Source: Oligoflexales bacterium (lineage in GTDB: Bacteria > Bdellovibrionota_B > Oligoflexia > Oligoflexales > RGVZ01). From it: a stretch of DNA of 64,000 nucleotides. This document shows positions 16,684 to 30,500 of the stretch, in pieces. The translations under genes and the position numbers were made by a program. The stretch spans positions 15,187-79,186 of the forward strand of contig JBIIGV010000233.1 in assembly GCA_044236265.1 (NCBI GenBank), in the 5' to 3' direction. Within the stretch, counting starts at the first letter, position 1; every line of letters begins with the position of its first letter. The notes under the pieces were generated by a model. The model searched no databases. It was not told where the DNA came from and saw only the letters and a list, made by a program, of their open reading frames with translations.

Positions 16684-18393
16684 ATGCGAAGCAAAGCACG
16701 ACAAATTTTATCGTCGTTTAGGCAGCGGCTGCTCTTTTTGTGCATTTGCATATTCAGCACGATATTCATTAGCGCAAACGGTGATCCAATCGATGCGCAA
16801 ACTACTGACAACTCCGTCGCCTCTCGCATTTACTACGTCACAATACCCATTGATCGTAGCGTCGGTCCATATCTCAGACAGCTTAAATTACTGATTCCAG
16901 ACGTTCCTGCGCCTTATAACGATTCGAAGTTGTACGATGGTGACACGTGGGATCAACTCGTTGATAAATTATTAACGAAGAAAGATTCTAACGTGCGAGA
17001 TCGTCGTACTCCGACGCAAGTGGTTGTTCCACTTCCAGCAGGATGTTTTGATTCTTCGATGAGTATGGAGAAGCGTGAACAGTGTTTGCAAAATCCTGCT
17101 GCATTTGCAAAAGGCTATTTGACCCTTCGCCTCTATGACGTCAAGGACGGCGATTCACTTCCTGACGTTTTGTCTCGTCACGGCGTTTACCCGACTCGGG
17201 AAGGTTCCTCTTACTATAATCAGCAGCGATGGAGTGACGTTGTACAAAACTTCAACCCGCGCATTAATCAGTGGAATAATCTCAATGCAGGTTCAGTCTT
17301 TATTCTTCCGCTCTTAAATGAGAGCGAATCCCGGGCAAGAGATGCTGCCAAGACTGTGGCTTCTGCTCCTGTCGTTGAATCTGAGCCAGCAATCTCGAAT
17401 GCTTCTGATGTTAAGGACGCAGGCGAGCAGTTGCCTGTTGACGGGCAAGCGGTACCGCTTGATGTTGTTTCCCCGGTCACTGAGGTCGCGCCAACAGCGG
17501 CCACACCGCCTGCACCAATTCCGCAGCCAGTTGTACCAGTTCCTGTGAAGCCGGCTCAACCGGTAGTCGCTGAAACGCCGGCTCCGCCGCGGCAGCCATC
17601 TCCTGCACCGAAGCCAGTGCAGATTGTTGCCGAGCCTCAAGCGCCAGAGGAAGAGGTTGTCTATGTAGACGAGCTTCCTCCTCCTAAAAAGATTGTATAC
17701 GCACGCGAACCACAGTCCGATCTATCGTTTAGTGTAGCCAGGAATGTTCTCTCTTCTGTTCGCATTCCAATGATGGCCCGTCAGAATCATTTGAATTTGA
17801 GCTATACTCGCTCGGATCCAGGTAATTCTGATTGGTGGATCAATGTCTATCAGTCTCCGATTGTCAAAGGTAAATCAGATTCGCCTTATTTGATCGAGAC
17901 CGACGACTCTAGTGAACGTTTTAAATTCAGTAATCTTGAGTTGGGCACGAAGTTCTACATGTCAGCTCCAGTTCCAACCTGGAGTATCTACGCCGGGTTG
18001 TACGCAAGATGGATGGCCCTCGATCTACGCTATTGGATTAGTAACAACAGTGATGAAACAGCCTATCTCGTAAATCGCAAAGCCTTTAGAAATGTTGGGG
18101 CTGGTGTAACTGCTGGGGTAGATCATTCACGAGGCAATGTCCGCTATCGTTTCAATGTTGCCAAAGACCTTTACGAATTTGTCGATCAGGCGGTGCATAT
18201 TGATCGAACGAATGCGCGCTTTTCTGCATCGTTCCGATTCCCGAAAGTTAAGGAACGTGGAAAGACGCAGCGACATGTGGATCTCTTCACAGAGTCTGAG
18301 ACGCTAAATGTGAATGTAATCAGTGATTCGGCAATGCTTCAGGTGACAATGAAGCGCTTGTCGGTGGGTGTTGGTGCTGGTTTGGTGTGGTGA
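16684..18393 (+). CDS. Secreted protein with LysM-like domain, Pro-rich linker and C-terminal outer-membrane beta-barrel (569 aa)
   Basis: Signal peptide; YDVKDGDSLPDVL...FNPRINQWNNLNAGSVFILP (~17131-17313) is LysM-like; P/A/V/E-rich tract ~17360-17700; alternating strands ending SVGVGAGLVW. Confidence 0.7.
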   Translation: MRSKARQILSSFRQRLLFLCICIFSTIFISANGDPIDAQTTDNSVASRIYYVTIPIDRSVGPYLRQLKLLIPDVPAPYNDSKLYDGDTWDQLVDKLLTKKDSNVRDRRTPTQVVVPLPAGCFDSSMSMEKREQCLQNPAAFAKGYLTLRLYDVKDGDSLPDVLSRHGVYPTREGSSYYNQQRWSDVVQNFNPRINQWNNLNAGSVFILPLLNESESRARDAAKTVASAPVVESEPAISNASDVKDAGEQLPVDGQAVPLDVVSPVTEVAPTAATPPAPIPQPVVPVPVKPAQPVVAETPAPPRQPSPAPKPVQIVAEPQAPEEEVVYVDELPPPKKIVYAREPQSDLSFSVARNVLSSVRIPMMARQNHLNLSYTRSDPGNSDWWINVYQSPIVKGKSDSPYLIETDDSSERFKFSNLELGTKFYMSAPVPTWSIYAGLYARWMALDLRYWISNNSDETAYLVNRKAFRNVGAGVTAGVDHSRGNVRYRFNVAKDLYEFVDQAVHIDRTNARFSASFRFPKVKERGKTQRHVDLFTESETLNVNVISDSAMLQVTMKRLSVGVGAGLVW

Positions 18394-18465
18394 TTTGGGC
18401 TGGGGGCGGACCAACTGTGATTAAGGGCGCAAGTTGGTGAAATTCATAACTATAATAGGAAATGC

Positions 18466-18492
18466 TTAAGCATTCCTGTAGTTTGCCGAATC
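18466..18492 (+). promoter_or_regulatory. Putative sigma28 promoter of the giant gene, with the -35 element inside a palindrome
   Basis: TTAAG-N14-GCCGAATC; perfect palindrome AATGCTTAAGCATT at 18461-18474. Confidence 0.5.
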
Positions 18493-18532
18493 CCTCCTAG
18501 TACGGGCGTGAGAACTAATTCGGGTAGTGCTA

Positions 18533-21500
18533 ATGTTTCTCAAACGACTGAAATTTATGGCGCAGTTCAAAGCTGGTCAAGCTTTGCTATCTATTGTCAT
18601 ATTCAGTTTCCTACTCTCCTGTGAATCCAACTTTTCGGGTAAAGTCCTTAACTCCAATAGAAAAAATAATCCATTTGCTACGGCAAATCTGTTGGAGGGT
18701 CAGGTTGCGTTTAAAACAACAAAGTTGTCGACAAAAGCACGCGGAACTCGCCTTTCTGGAGAAGCCTGTACCGATCAAGCAACGGTCTACTTGACACACT
18801 TTGCCACATATCAAGACAGCTTAGTTATTGAGGTTCGCAAACGCATTCTATCGGTTAAGGCCGATAGCGATGGGCGCTTTAAATTTACGAACTTGAAAGA
18901 ACAGGGCGTAAATCTTCAGTCAAAAAATGATATTTATAAGGTGGAAGCAGAGCGTTGCAGCGACTACTACTCAAGGGTCGTGACAGGAGCGCAGGAGCAA
19001 AACCTAAGTGCAGCTGGTACCGCATTTGACTTCACACTCGACAAAACTGTTATCAAAGCAAGTCTTGGATCAGACGACTTTTACGCCAAACTGGAGGATT
19101 TGGATAAACTGTACAGTCTTGCTGACACTCGCAACTCGGTCGAAGGTGTATTGGAAACACTTCGCACGAGTCGTGAAACACAAAAATCATATAGCAATAT
19201 TTTTGGTGCTGAAGATGTCACTCTTCAGAATATCGAACCCCGAATTGTAATTGAGTCCGTACCCCTTAAAATTCCCGCAACTATTCTGACCCGTTTTGAA
19301 GTTTTAGCTGTTTACTATTCCGCCGAATTCAATGTCGATTATCGGTGGAAGTTAGACGGCGAAGTTGTCAGCACTGACCCTGGGTTTAGTTGGCGCCCGA
19401 CGTCGACCCAGCTCGGTCTGCACACTATCGAGTTGAGTGTTGGGGTGCGAAGCCAGTTTAACCTGGACGCATACCTTAACTCTAAGATCATGAATTACTC
19501 GATCAATGTTGTTGAAGCAACCTCCGATCCACGAACGCCCGTCGTGTCGAGTTTTGCTTTGGCTAACGCCGCGGCTGGTGGATTTATCAATAATGCTCAT
19601 GCTTCGGACGCAGAAGCTGTCGCAAGTTTGGTTGCCACCAATTATGATCAAGCCTCATATGCAATTGTCGCCCCGAACGTCACTTGCAATGAGTCTACGT
19701 CATTCCCGCTTGCTTCGATCCCGACTTTTGGAAGCTTTACAGTAGATGGAAGTTACAAAGTCTGTGCAAAGGTTTCGCGAAGTGATGGGGGCACTGTTTA
19801 CGTAGCAACTCAAACGTTGCAACGGGATGTTGTGATACCATCCGTGAGCTTTGTCGATGTGTTGCCCAAGGCTGGATCGACGAACCCGAAGCCGACAATC
19901 AAAGGAACGGCATCCGAGGCATCTTTAGTCTCTCTGTACTACGATGCAAGTTGTTCTTCTGCGAAGTCTTCAGCAACGGCAAACACAGTTTTTGCGTCAC
20001 CAGGAATGACCGTTGCATCTGATGTTAATTTAAACAATACGACGACAATCTATGCGCAGGCGGTTGATCCGGCTGGAAACCCATCGCCGTGCTCTTTGAT
20101 GTTGACGTACACCCACGACGACGTAACGCCCATTGTTAAAAATATCAAAGCTAATGTGGCCGATAATGGCTACAAGGCTGGCGATGTTATCCCGATTGAA
20201 GTGGAATTCTCTGAGCCAGTAAAAGTAACTGGCGTGCCGACTTTGACTCTTGAAACAGGATCGTCTGATGTTGTGGTTAATTACACATCTGGATCTGACA
20301 CCAAGTTTCTGATTTTCAACTTTACGGTCGGATCAAACCAGACAGCTGCGGACCTCGACTACATTTCAGCGACGGCTCTGTCTGCTTCCGGTGGTAGTAT
20401 TCAGGATCAAGTTCAAACTGATGCAGTCCTAACATTGCCAGCCCCTGGGGCAGCTGGCAGTTTGTCGGCAAATAGTAACATTCTGATTGATACGACCATA
20501 CCAGTAGTCACATATGCGTCGATCTCTCCTTCGTCCCCAGGTACAAGTCTGACACCAGCCGTATCGATGTCTCTAAGTGAAAACGCGACCGTGACCTTAT
20601 ACGGTAACAGTAGCTGTTCGGATGCAATTTCATCGGCTACGGCCCTGTCGGGAACCGGTTTACAAGTTATTACGACGAATACGCTCGCAGCTAACGCTGC
20701 GACAACGATCTTTGCCCGCGCCGTTGATGGTGTGACAAATCAGTCTGTTTGTCACAGTATGATTGTCTATACGCATGACAATATTGCGCCAACCGTCGCG
20801 TCTTTTGCGAGATCATCTGGCCAAAATTCATTCACTAATTCCGTACCAATAAATTTTGGCGTTCAATTTTCTGAAGTGATCGACCCATCAACATTCACGG
20901 CAAGTGATATTTCTAACACGGGTACTGCGACCGATATCGTTTGGACTGTTACGGACTCTGGTGATCACCGCAACTTTGTTGTAGCTGCGACGCAATCTGG
21001 AAACGGTACATTAAAGCCATCTTTTGCAGCGACTGCGGTGAGTGATCCGGCAGGGAATGCAATTCAGTCCATTTCGACGTCATCTAATGACGTGGCATAT
21101 TCTATCGCCCTATTCACTGTAACGTTGAATCAAACAGCTGGGCAGGTTGATCCTGCAAACTCGTTGCCGATATCGTTCACAGCCGTGTTCTCTGATGAGG
21201 TGGGTACAGGTCAGTTTGTCGCTCAAGATATTGTTCAGCAGGGCACTGCTTCAGGAATCACCTGGAATTTGGCAACTACGGATAATATCACATGGACGAT
21301 CACAGCGACTGCGATAACGGGTCAGGGAACCGTCGTTCCTCATATTCCTCAAGATGCAGTTTTAGACCGCTACGGAAACAAAAATGGTGCGTCAACTCAC
21401 ACAGATAACTCCGTGGTTTATGACATTACGGCTCCGACGATCACATTTACAAATCTTACTCCAGCAAACCCTTCTTCGGAGCTGCGTCCAACGCTCAAAG

Positions 21501-24500
21501 GTACGGTGTCTGAAGCGTCGATTGTAACCTTGTACTTTGATAGTAGCTGTTCGGCAGCCAAATCCGATGCTGTTGCGAACACAGTGCTGCCTATGCCTGG
21601 TCTTGCACCAAATATTGATGTAGCTGCCGATACAATGACGCCGATTTATGCGCGCGCCATCGATCCCGCAGGCAATATTTCGGTTTGTACGTTAATGGTC
21701 AATTACAACCACGACGGCACGCCTCCGTTCGTGGTGTCAGTTGGCTCGACTAAAGCTGATGGCTTCTATAAAGCTGGCACGGTCATCCCGATCGCCGTCA
21801 ATTTCTCTGAAAATGTATTTGTGGTTGGTACTCCGCAAATAACGCTCGAAACTGGCTCTACAGATCGAGTTGTAAATTATTCAAGTGGATCAGGCACTCC
21901 GACATTAGTCTTCAACTACACGGTTCAGGCTGGTGATACGGCAGCCGACCTTGATTATCTGGATACCTCAGCCTTCGCACTAAATGGCAGCACCATTAAA
22001 GACTGGGTTGATAACGATGCTGTCATGACTCTTCCATCCACCGGCAGCGCGACCAGTATCGCTGGCCAAAAATCAATCGTCATCGATACAGCCGTACCCG
22101 CTGTCTCGTTCGTGTCAATCTCACCTGTATCTCCAGGAATGAGTCGAACTCCCTCGGTGACCGTCAATGTGTCAGAAAATGCGAGTGGGATCGCCTTATT
22201 CAGTAACCCAACGTGTGGATCTGCAATCTCGGCGAGCATAGCGGGATCATCCGGCAACAATACTGTGGTGACGAATACGCTGACCGCTGATGCTCTGACT
22301 CCAATTTACGCTCAAGTGACAGACCTCGCCGGTAACGTTTCCTCCTGTGCGAATATGACCGGCTACCAGCATGACGGTACGCCTGCCGTTGTCACGTCCG
22401 TGTCTTCATCTTTGGCGAACGGAACATATGGTGTCGGCCAAGTGATTCCAATCGAAGTCAGCTTCTCGGAAGTCGTTTATGTCAACGGGACACCGTTTTT
22501 GACGCTCGAAACTGGCGCTACGGATGCCGTCGCCAACTACGCATCTGGTTCCGGTACCAACAAGCTGACTTTTAACTACACTGTCGTGGCCGGCGAAAAC
22601 ACTCTTGATTTGGAACTGACGTCACTGAGTGCGATAAATCTTAATTCCGGCACAATCAAGGATCTCGCTGGCAATGACTCAACCGTGACGGTAACGCCAC
22701 TGGCTGGCGGTAGTAGCTTATCTGGACAAAAGGCTATCGTCGTGGATACGACAGGGCCGACGCTAACATATGCCTCAGTCTCTCCGGTGCCTCCGGCTAC
22801 TTCAAGAACACCCGCGGTGACCATGAGTCTTTCTGAGCCTGCTGCCGTGACTCTGTACAGTGACAGCGATTGTTCTGCCGCGATATCGTCGTCAGTGAGT
22901 TTTGCTGCTGGCGTAGGTCGAACAATCACGACCAACACACTGACAGCTAATGCGACGACGCCGATTTTTGCAAAAGGTATAGATGCTGTAAACAACGCAT
23001 CAGCTTGTACAAGTATGATTGTGTACACGCACGATGATACGCCGCCAGTTGTGATGTCCTTTGCTCGTGCATCGAGTCAGATTGCCCAGACGAACTCTGT
23101 TCCAATTAATTTCACGCTGACATTCTCTGAGCCTATTAATCCCTCGAGTTTGACGGCGGGAGATATCTCCAATATTGGAAACGCGACAGGAGTTACATGG
23201 TCGATCTCTAATTCAGGCGACAATGCAACTTTCACGGTATCTGCAATCGCAGCAAGTAACGGAACCCTCCAGCCAAGATTGGCTGCGGCGAGCATTGCTG
23301 ATCATGCCGGCAATACAAACGTAGCCGGTGCGGACTCGCCAAACAATGTCGGTTATTTTGTAGCGGTGTTGACGGTGACGATGAATCAGGCTGCTGGACA
23401 AGGGGATCCAGTCAACGGTTTACCAATTAGTTACAACGTTGTATTCTCTGGAGCAGTAGGTGCGAATAGTTTTACGACTGGTGATATCGTTCAGAACGGC
23501 ACAGCTGGGGGAATTACTTGGACACTGTCGACCACTGACAATATTAGTTGGCTCCTACGGGCTACTGCGATAGCGACTCCGGGTACAGTCATCCCGTCGA
23601 TTGCAGCAAGCTCTGTCATCGATGAATTCCAGAACCAGAATGCGGCTTCAACATCGACCGACAATACAGTCGTCTACGATATTACGCCGCCGACGTTAAG
23701 CTTTTCATCTTTGACGCCATCCAATCCTTCGCAGTCAATGACGCCGACGATTATCGGTACAGCGTCTGAGCCGTCGACGGTGACGCTATACTACGACTCC
23801 GGATGTTCTGTCGCTAAGTCAGCCACGGTTCCGAACACCTCGTTTGCAAGTCCTGGTATCACGCCGACAGGTAATGTGGCTGCTGATACTGCCACCGTGA
23901 TTTACGGTATGGCTACCGATACGGCAGGGAACATTTCTGCTTGTACGAGTCTTGTCTCTTATGTTCACGATGGTACCGGGCCAAGCGTGACGAGTGTCAC
24001 GTCTACATTAGCTGACGGTCCTTATAAGGCAGGTCAAGTTGTCCCTGTCTTCGTGAACTTCAATGAAAATGTAAACCTCGCTGGTACTCTGCAATTGGCA
24101 CTAGAGACTGGTGCGATTGATGCAGTTCTAAACTATGTGTCTGGAAGTGGTACGAGCTCCCTAAGATTTAACTACACAGTGGTTGCTGGAGATACCTCGC
24201 TAGATCTTGACTATGTCAGTTCAGCTTCTCTGGCTCTTTTAACAGGTACCCTTCGCGACGCTGTCGGAAACGATGCAGTCCTCACGTTACCTGCTCCTGG
24301 AGCGTCTGGAAGTATGGGTGCAAATAAAGCGCTCATCATCGACACGACGGCGCCAACGATGACTTTCTCAAATACGTTGCCGGTTTCGCCTGGTAACACT
24401 CAAACCCCACAGGTGACGTTCACTATTTCAGAGAACGTACCTACCGTAAGGCTGTTTACAGATAATGCTTGTTCGGTGGGTGCCGCTCCTGCAAGTACTG

Positions 24501-27500
24501 GATTAATGGGCAGTAACACGGTCACGACGAGTGCGTTGCCAGCTAATACTGGTACTAGCCTATACGTGCGCTCCACAGATGCCGCAGGAAACGTGTCGAG
24601 TTGTACGCTTCTGACTACTTACACCCATGACGGCATCCCAGCGACCGTGACAAACGTATCTTCCTCATCAACGAACGGTACTTACGGGGTTGGTAATACC
24701 GTTGCGATTGTGGTGACGTTCTCTGAAATCGTAAATGTGACTGGCGCTCCTCAGTTGACCTTGGAAACAGGCGCAATCGACGGTGTCGCGAATTACGTCT
24801 CCGGCAGTGGAACAACGGCGCTAACATTTAATTATGTGGTTTCAGCTGGCGAGTCGTCCCTTGATCTGGATTATGGAAGCACGACGGCTTTGGGTTTGAA
24901 TGGTGGAACCATTCGCGATCGGGCCGTGAATAACGCCGATCTGACCCTGCCTGCTGTGGGTGGTGCCAGTGCAATTGCAGCACAAAAAGGTATCATCATC
25001 GATACGACGGCACCGACTATTACATATTCGAGCATTTCTCCTGTGCCACCATCAGCTAGCATGTCCGCTTTCGTGACCCTGCAGGTCTCAGAGGCGTCAA
25101 CAGTAACTCTCTATAGTAATCCTGGGTGTTCTGCCGCTATCTCGAGCGCTAAGGCTATGATCTCTGGCGGCGATCAAATGATCTCAACTGTCAATCTTCC
25201 TACAAACACATCGACGACCATCTATGCGCGTGCCGTAGATCCTGTTAATAACGTCTCTGAGTGCACGAACATGGTTGTCTATACGCACGATAACATTGCG
25301 CCTCAAGTAGATTCCTTTACACGGGCAGCGACTCAGGCATCATACACGAACTCCCTGCCAATGAACTTCACACTGACGTTCTCTGAGCCGATTATTCCTG
25401 AGACACTAACTGGCAGCGATTTTGTGAATATGGGAACAGCAACCGCAGTAACCTGGGGTGTAGCTGATTCTGGTGATCACCGAACATTTACAGTTTCTGC
25501 AACGGCTTCTGGCAATGGGACTCTGAGACCTCGTTTGGCCAGTGGCGCTATCACTGACCTTGCAGGTATTGGTAACCCGCTCAACGCAACGTCTGACAAT
25601 AGTGTGAATTATTCGATTGCTGCGTTTACTGTCACCGTGAATCAGGCTCCTGGCCAGGGCGATCCGGTGAACTCGCTGCCTATTAATTTTAGAGTCGTAT
25701 TCTCCGGAGCCGTTGGTTCAAATAGCTTTACCGCGTCCGATGTTGTTCAAAACGGATCGGCAGAGGGTGTGACCTGGAATCTTTCTACAACCGATAACAT
25801 CACATGGACCGTTTCGGCGACCGCTGTGAATATTCAGGGCACCGTGATTCCATTTATCTCTCCAAATACAGTTTTGGATGAATTTGGGAATAATAACGCG
25901 GCATCAACAAGTACTGATAGCAGTGTCGTTTACGATATCGCTGCACCAGTCCTAACGTTTGCGTCGGTGACGCCGTCAAATCCTGCTGCAACGCGTACGC
26001 CGACAGTTTTGGGGACCTCGTCTGAACCGTCAACTGTCACCCTCTACTACGATTCCGATTGTAGTACCGCCAAATCTTCGGCTGCATCTAACACAGTCTT
26101 CGCGAGTCCAGGTATCGCTCTTACCTCGAATGTTGACGCTGACGTAACGACAACAATTTATGGTCGTGCTGTTGACGTGGCAGGAAACGTTTCTATCTGT
26201 ACGAGTCTTGTCGGCTACCAGCATGATGGAACAAGTCCGACGGTAACGAACGTGACATCCACACTCGCCAACGGACCCTATAAAGCTGGCCAGCTTATTC
26301 CTATTCAGGTCACCTTCTCGGAGCCTGTCTTTGTTACGGGCGCTATGCAGCTGACTCTGGAGACAGGATTGTCCGATGCGGTGGTGGCGTATACCGTGGG
26401 GAGTGGAACAAGTACTTTGACCTTCAACTACACCGTTGCTGCTGGTAATACGGCTGCCGATTTGGATTATGTGGGAACCTCAGCGTTGGCACTGATTTCG
26501 GGAACCATCAAAGATAGCGTCGGTAATGATGCTAATCTCGCCCTGCCAAGTCCTGGGTCGTCTGGAAGCTTGGGTGCCAATAAGAGTCTTTGGATTGACA
26601 CCACAGCGCCGGTCTTGGCATTCACCTCGATCAATCCTGTGTCTCCTGGTATCAGCCAAAATCCACAGGTCACATTCACAGTGTCTGAGTTGGTGCCGAC
26701 TCTAAGGCTTTATACGGACGCGATCTGTAGTGCCGCCATTTCAGGTTGGAACACGGGTAGTGCCGGCGCGAACACGATCGCGACAAGTACATTGGCCGGC
26801 AATGTTGCAACCAGCATCTTTGCTCAGGGAACTGACCCAGCAGGTAACACATCAAATTGTACGAGCCTGACGACTTATCTTAACGACGGCTTGGCGCCAA
26901 CGGTGACAGGCGTCACGTCAACTGCGGCGGATGGAACTTACGGCGGCGGCCAAGTTGTACCAATCAAGGTTGATCTTAGCGAAGTTGTTTTTGTGACGGG
27001 AACTCCCCAGTTGACTCTTGAAACCGGTGCCTCCGACGCGGTGGTCAACTATTCATCGGGTAGCGGAACCACGTCTTTGATCTTCAACTACACAATCGTT
27101 CCTGGTCACGACTCCGTTGACTTGAACTATGCGTCGATGTCTGCGCTTGTTGCGAATGGTGGTAGCATTAAGGACCTTGCCGGTAATGATGCTAACCTTG
27201 CATTAGCGGCCCTTGATGCTGCGTCGAGTTTGGCGAGTCAGAAGGCTATCGTGATCGACACGACGGTCCCGGTGATGTCTTATGTTTCAATCTCTCCGGT
27301 TCCGCCGGCGCAAAGCCAGACACCAACTGTAACGTTTAGCTTGTCTGAGCCTTCAACCGTAACGCTGTACCGTGAGTCGGGATGTTCGACGGCGATTTCC
27401 AGTGCGATTCCACTAGCTGCCGGACCTGCTCAATCAATCACGACGAACACGTTGACATCAAACGCAGCGACAACGATTTTTGCCAAGGCCATTGATACGG

Positions 27501-30500
27501 TTACCAACCCGTCGGAGTGTACCCAATTAGTTGTTTACTCTCACGACAACACATCGCCTGCGGTCTCGTCTTTTGCTCGCAATGCAACACAGCCAGCAAT
27601 GACCAACTCGTTGCCGATCAACTTTACGATCACATTCTCTGAACCAATCAATCCGTCGTCGTTCGTCTCAACTGATTTATCCAATGGCGGAACCGCGACA
27701 GGTGTTACCTGGTTTATTAATAATACCGGAGACAATCAGTCATTTACGGTTTCCGTCACAAACTCAGGAAACGGTACCATTATTCCGCGGCTTGCGAGCG
27801 GGTCAATTGCAGATATCGCCGGCAATACGAATTCAGGTATCACGTCTGCGTCGAATAGCGTCAACTATTCAGTTGCGCCATATACAGTGTCCGTTAATCA
27901 AGCGCCAACCCAGATTGATCCTGTCAATACACTTCCGGTTAACTTTAGAGTTGTTTTCTCGAGTGCAGTTGGAAATAACACATTCACGCCTGCAGACATT
28001 GTCCAAAACGGTACGGCAACAGGTATAACTTGGAGTCTTTCGACCACAGACAATATCACCTGGACGGTAGCTGCGACTGCGATTTCGGGCGGATCCGGCA
28101 CTGTCATTCCGTCGATCGCTGAAAATACTGTTACTGATGAGTTTGGAAATATCAACGGTGCATCCACATCGACTGACAACACTGTTATCTACGATGTGAC
28201 GCCACCAGTGGTCACTTATTCGTCCTTGGCTCCAGCCAATCCATCGTCTGAGTTGAGGCCGTCTTTCCTTGGAAGTGTGTCCGAGATATCGACGGTAACA
28301 CTTTACTATGATGGATCTTGTGCAAACGCTCGCTCAGCAACGGTTCCAAATACTCAATTTGCATCGCCTGGCATCACAGTTAACTCGAATGTTACGGCGA
28401 ATAACTCGACAATAATTTATGCGAAGGCCGTTGATACAGCGAACAATGAGTCAGCCTGTACAAGTCTTGTGTCCTATTTACACGATAGTATTGGCCCGTC
28501 TGTGGTTAGTGTCAGTGCAAACATTGCTGATGGTAGCTATAAGGCAGGAATGGTCCTTCCGATCACAGTGACGTTCACTGAAAATGTGTATGTGAATGGA
28601 ACTCTGCAGATCACTCTTGAAACGGGAACCTTCGATGCGGTCGTAAACAATTCATCTGGTAGTGGCACAGATACATTAGTGTTCAACTATGTTGTTGCTC
28701 CGGGCGAGGTGACGCCTGACCTTGAATATAGCGGGTCGGCGGCGTTAGCTCTTATTTCAGGGACTATTAAAGACGCTGTTGGTAACAATGCAGTATTGAC
28801 GTTGCCGGCAACGGGAGCATCCGGAAGTCTTGGCCTCAACAAGTCTATTATCATTGATACAACGGCGCCGACGCTAACGTATACAAACATTTTCCCAGCT
28901 TCACCTGGCAACACCCAAACACCGCAAGTCTCTTTGGATTTGACTGAGCCAGTAACCGTCCTTCGACTATACAGTGATGCAAGCTGTACTGCTGCGATAT
29001 CGCCTGCGTCGACAGGGACTATTGGTCCAAATACGGTCACCACAAATACCTTGACTGCGAATGCATCGACTACCATCTATGGTCAGGGAACAGATGCTGC
29101 TGGCAACGTCTCGCTTTGTACGCTTCTGACCTCTTACCAGCACGACGGTATTTCACCAACGGTAACCTCGGTTAGTTCGAGTTCAGCCAATGGTTCTTAC
29201 GGTGTTGGGCAAACTGTCGCAGTGACAGTGGTGTTCTCCGAGCCAGTGCTTGTTTCCGGAACGCCACAAATTACGCTTGAGACCGGATCTAGTGATGCTG
29301 TGGTTAATATGACCACTGGCACCGGAACCAACACGCTGACCTTTAACTATACTGTTCGCGCTGGTGACACGACTGGCGACCTTGATTATCTGTCAAATGC
29401 TGCACTGGCATTGAATGGTGGAATCATTAAGGATCCCGCAGAGAATCTCGCGGTATTAGCGCTTCCAAACACAGGAGGCGCTACCAGTATTGCGGGTCAA
29501 AAGAATATCGTGATCGATACCACCGCCCCAGTCATAACTTATCAATCCGTATCCCCGTCGTCGCCAGCCATGAGCCAGACACCCACGTTGACAGTGACCA
29601 TGTCTGAGACGGCCACTGTGACTTTGTACAGTAACGGTTCATGTTCATCAGCTGTTTCGACTCCGACGGTTTTAAATGGCGGCGTGGGCCGAACGATTTC
29701 TACCAACGCCCTCCCAGCTAATACCACGACGACGCTTTACGCGAAGGCTGTCGACCCAGTTAATAACGTGTCTAGCTGTTCGGTGATGGTGGTTTACACA
29801 CACGATATCACGAGCCCAACAGTCAGTTCATTTACGAGATCGGCTGGGCAGCTTGCCTCTACAAACTCCGTGCCGGTCAATTTCACTTTGACGTTCTCAG
29901 AGCCAATTAATCCAAATAGCTTCACTGCAGCTGATATCAGTAATTTCGGTACGTCCACGGGCGTCCTCTGGACGGTCACCAATACAGGGGACAATACGTC
30001 ATTTATTGTAGCTGCCACTGTCGCCAGCAATGGAACGTTGCAGCCTCGACTGGCAAGCGGTGGAGTTACGGATGTGGCCGGCAACTCAAACTTTGGTAAC
30101 GTGAACTCCAGCAATACGGTTAATTATTTTGTTGCTGCCTACACTGTAATGGTCAACCAAAATGATGGACAAGCTGAGAGTACAAATGCGCTGCCAATCA
30201 ATTTCACCGTCGTATTCTCCGGTGCTGTCGGCAATAACACCTTTGATACATCGGACATTGTGCAAAATGGTACGGCATCTGGTATCACATGGTCGCTATC
30301 AAGTAGCGATGGAATCACTTGGAATCTTTCTGCGACTTCGATTCTTGGAGACGGAACAGTTATTCCGTCAGTTGCAGCCAACACTGTTGTGGACGAATTT
30401 GGAAACAACAACGGCGCTTCAACGTCATCCGATAACTCGGTGAATTACGATGTCACCCTTCCAATCGTTGCGTTCTCGTCGGTCAGCCCATCTAATCCGG

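Noticed and set aside
18451..18456. TATAAT as a sigma70 -10 element for the giant gene
   Set aside because: No plausible -35 at 16-18 nt spacing and no extended TG; the sigma28-like match fits better, though this is not excluded.
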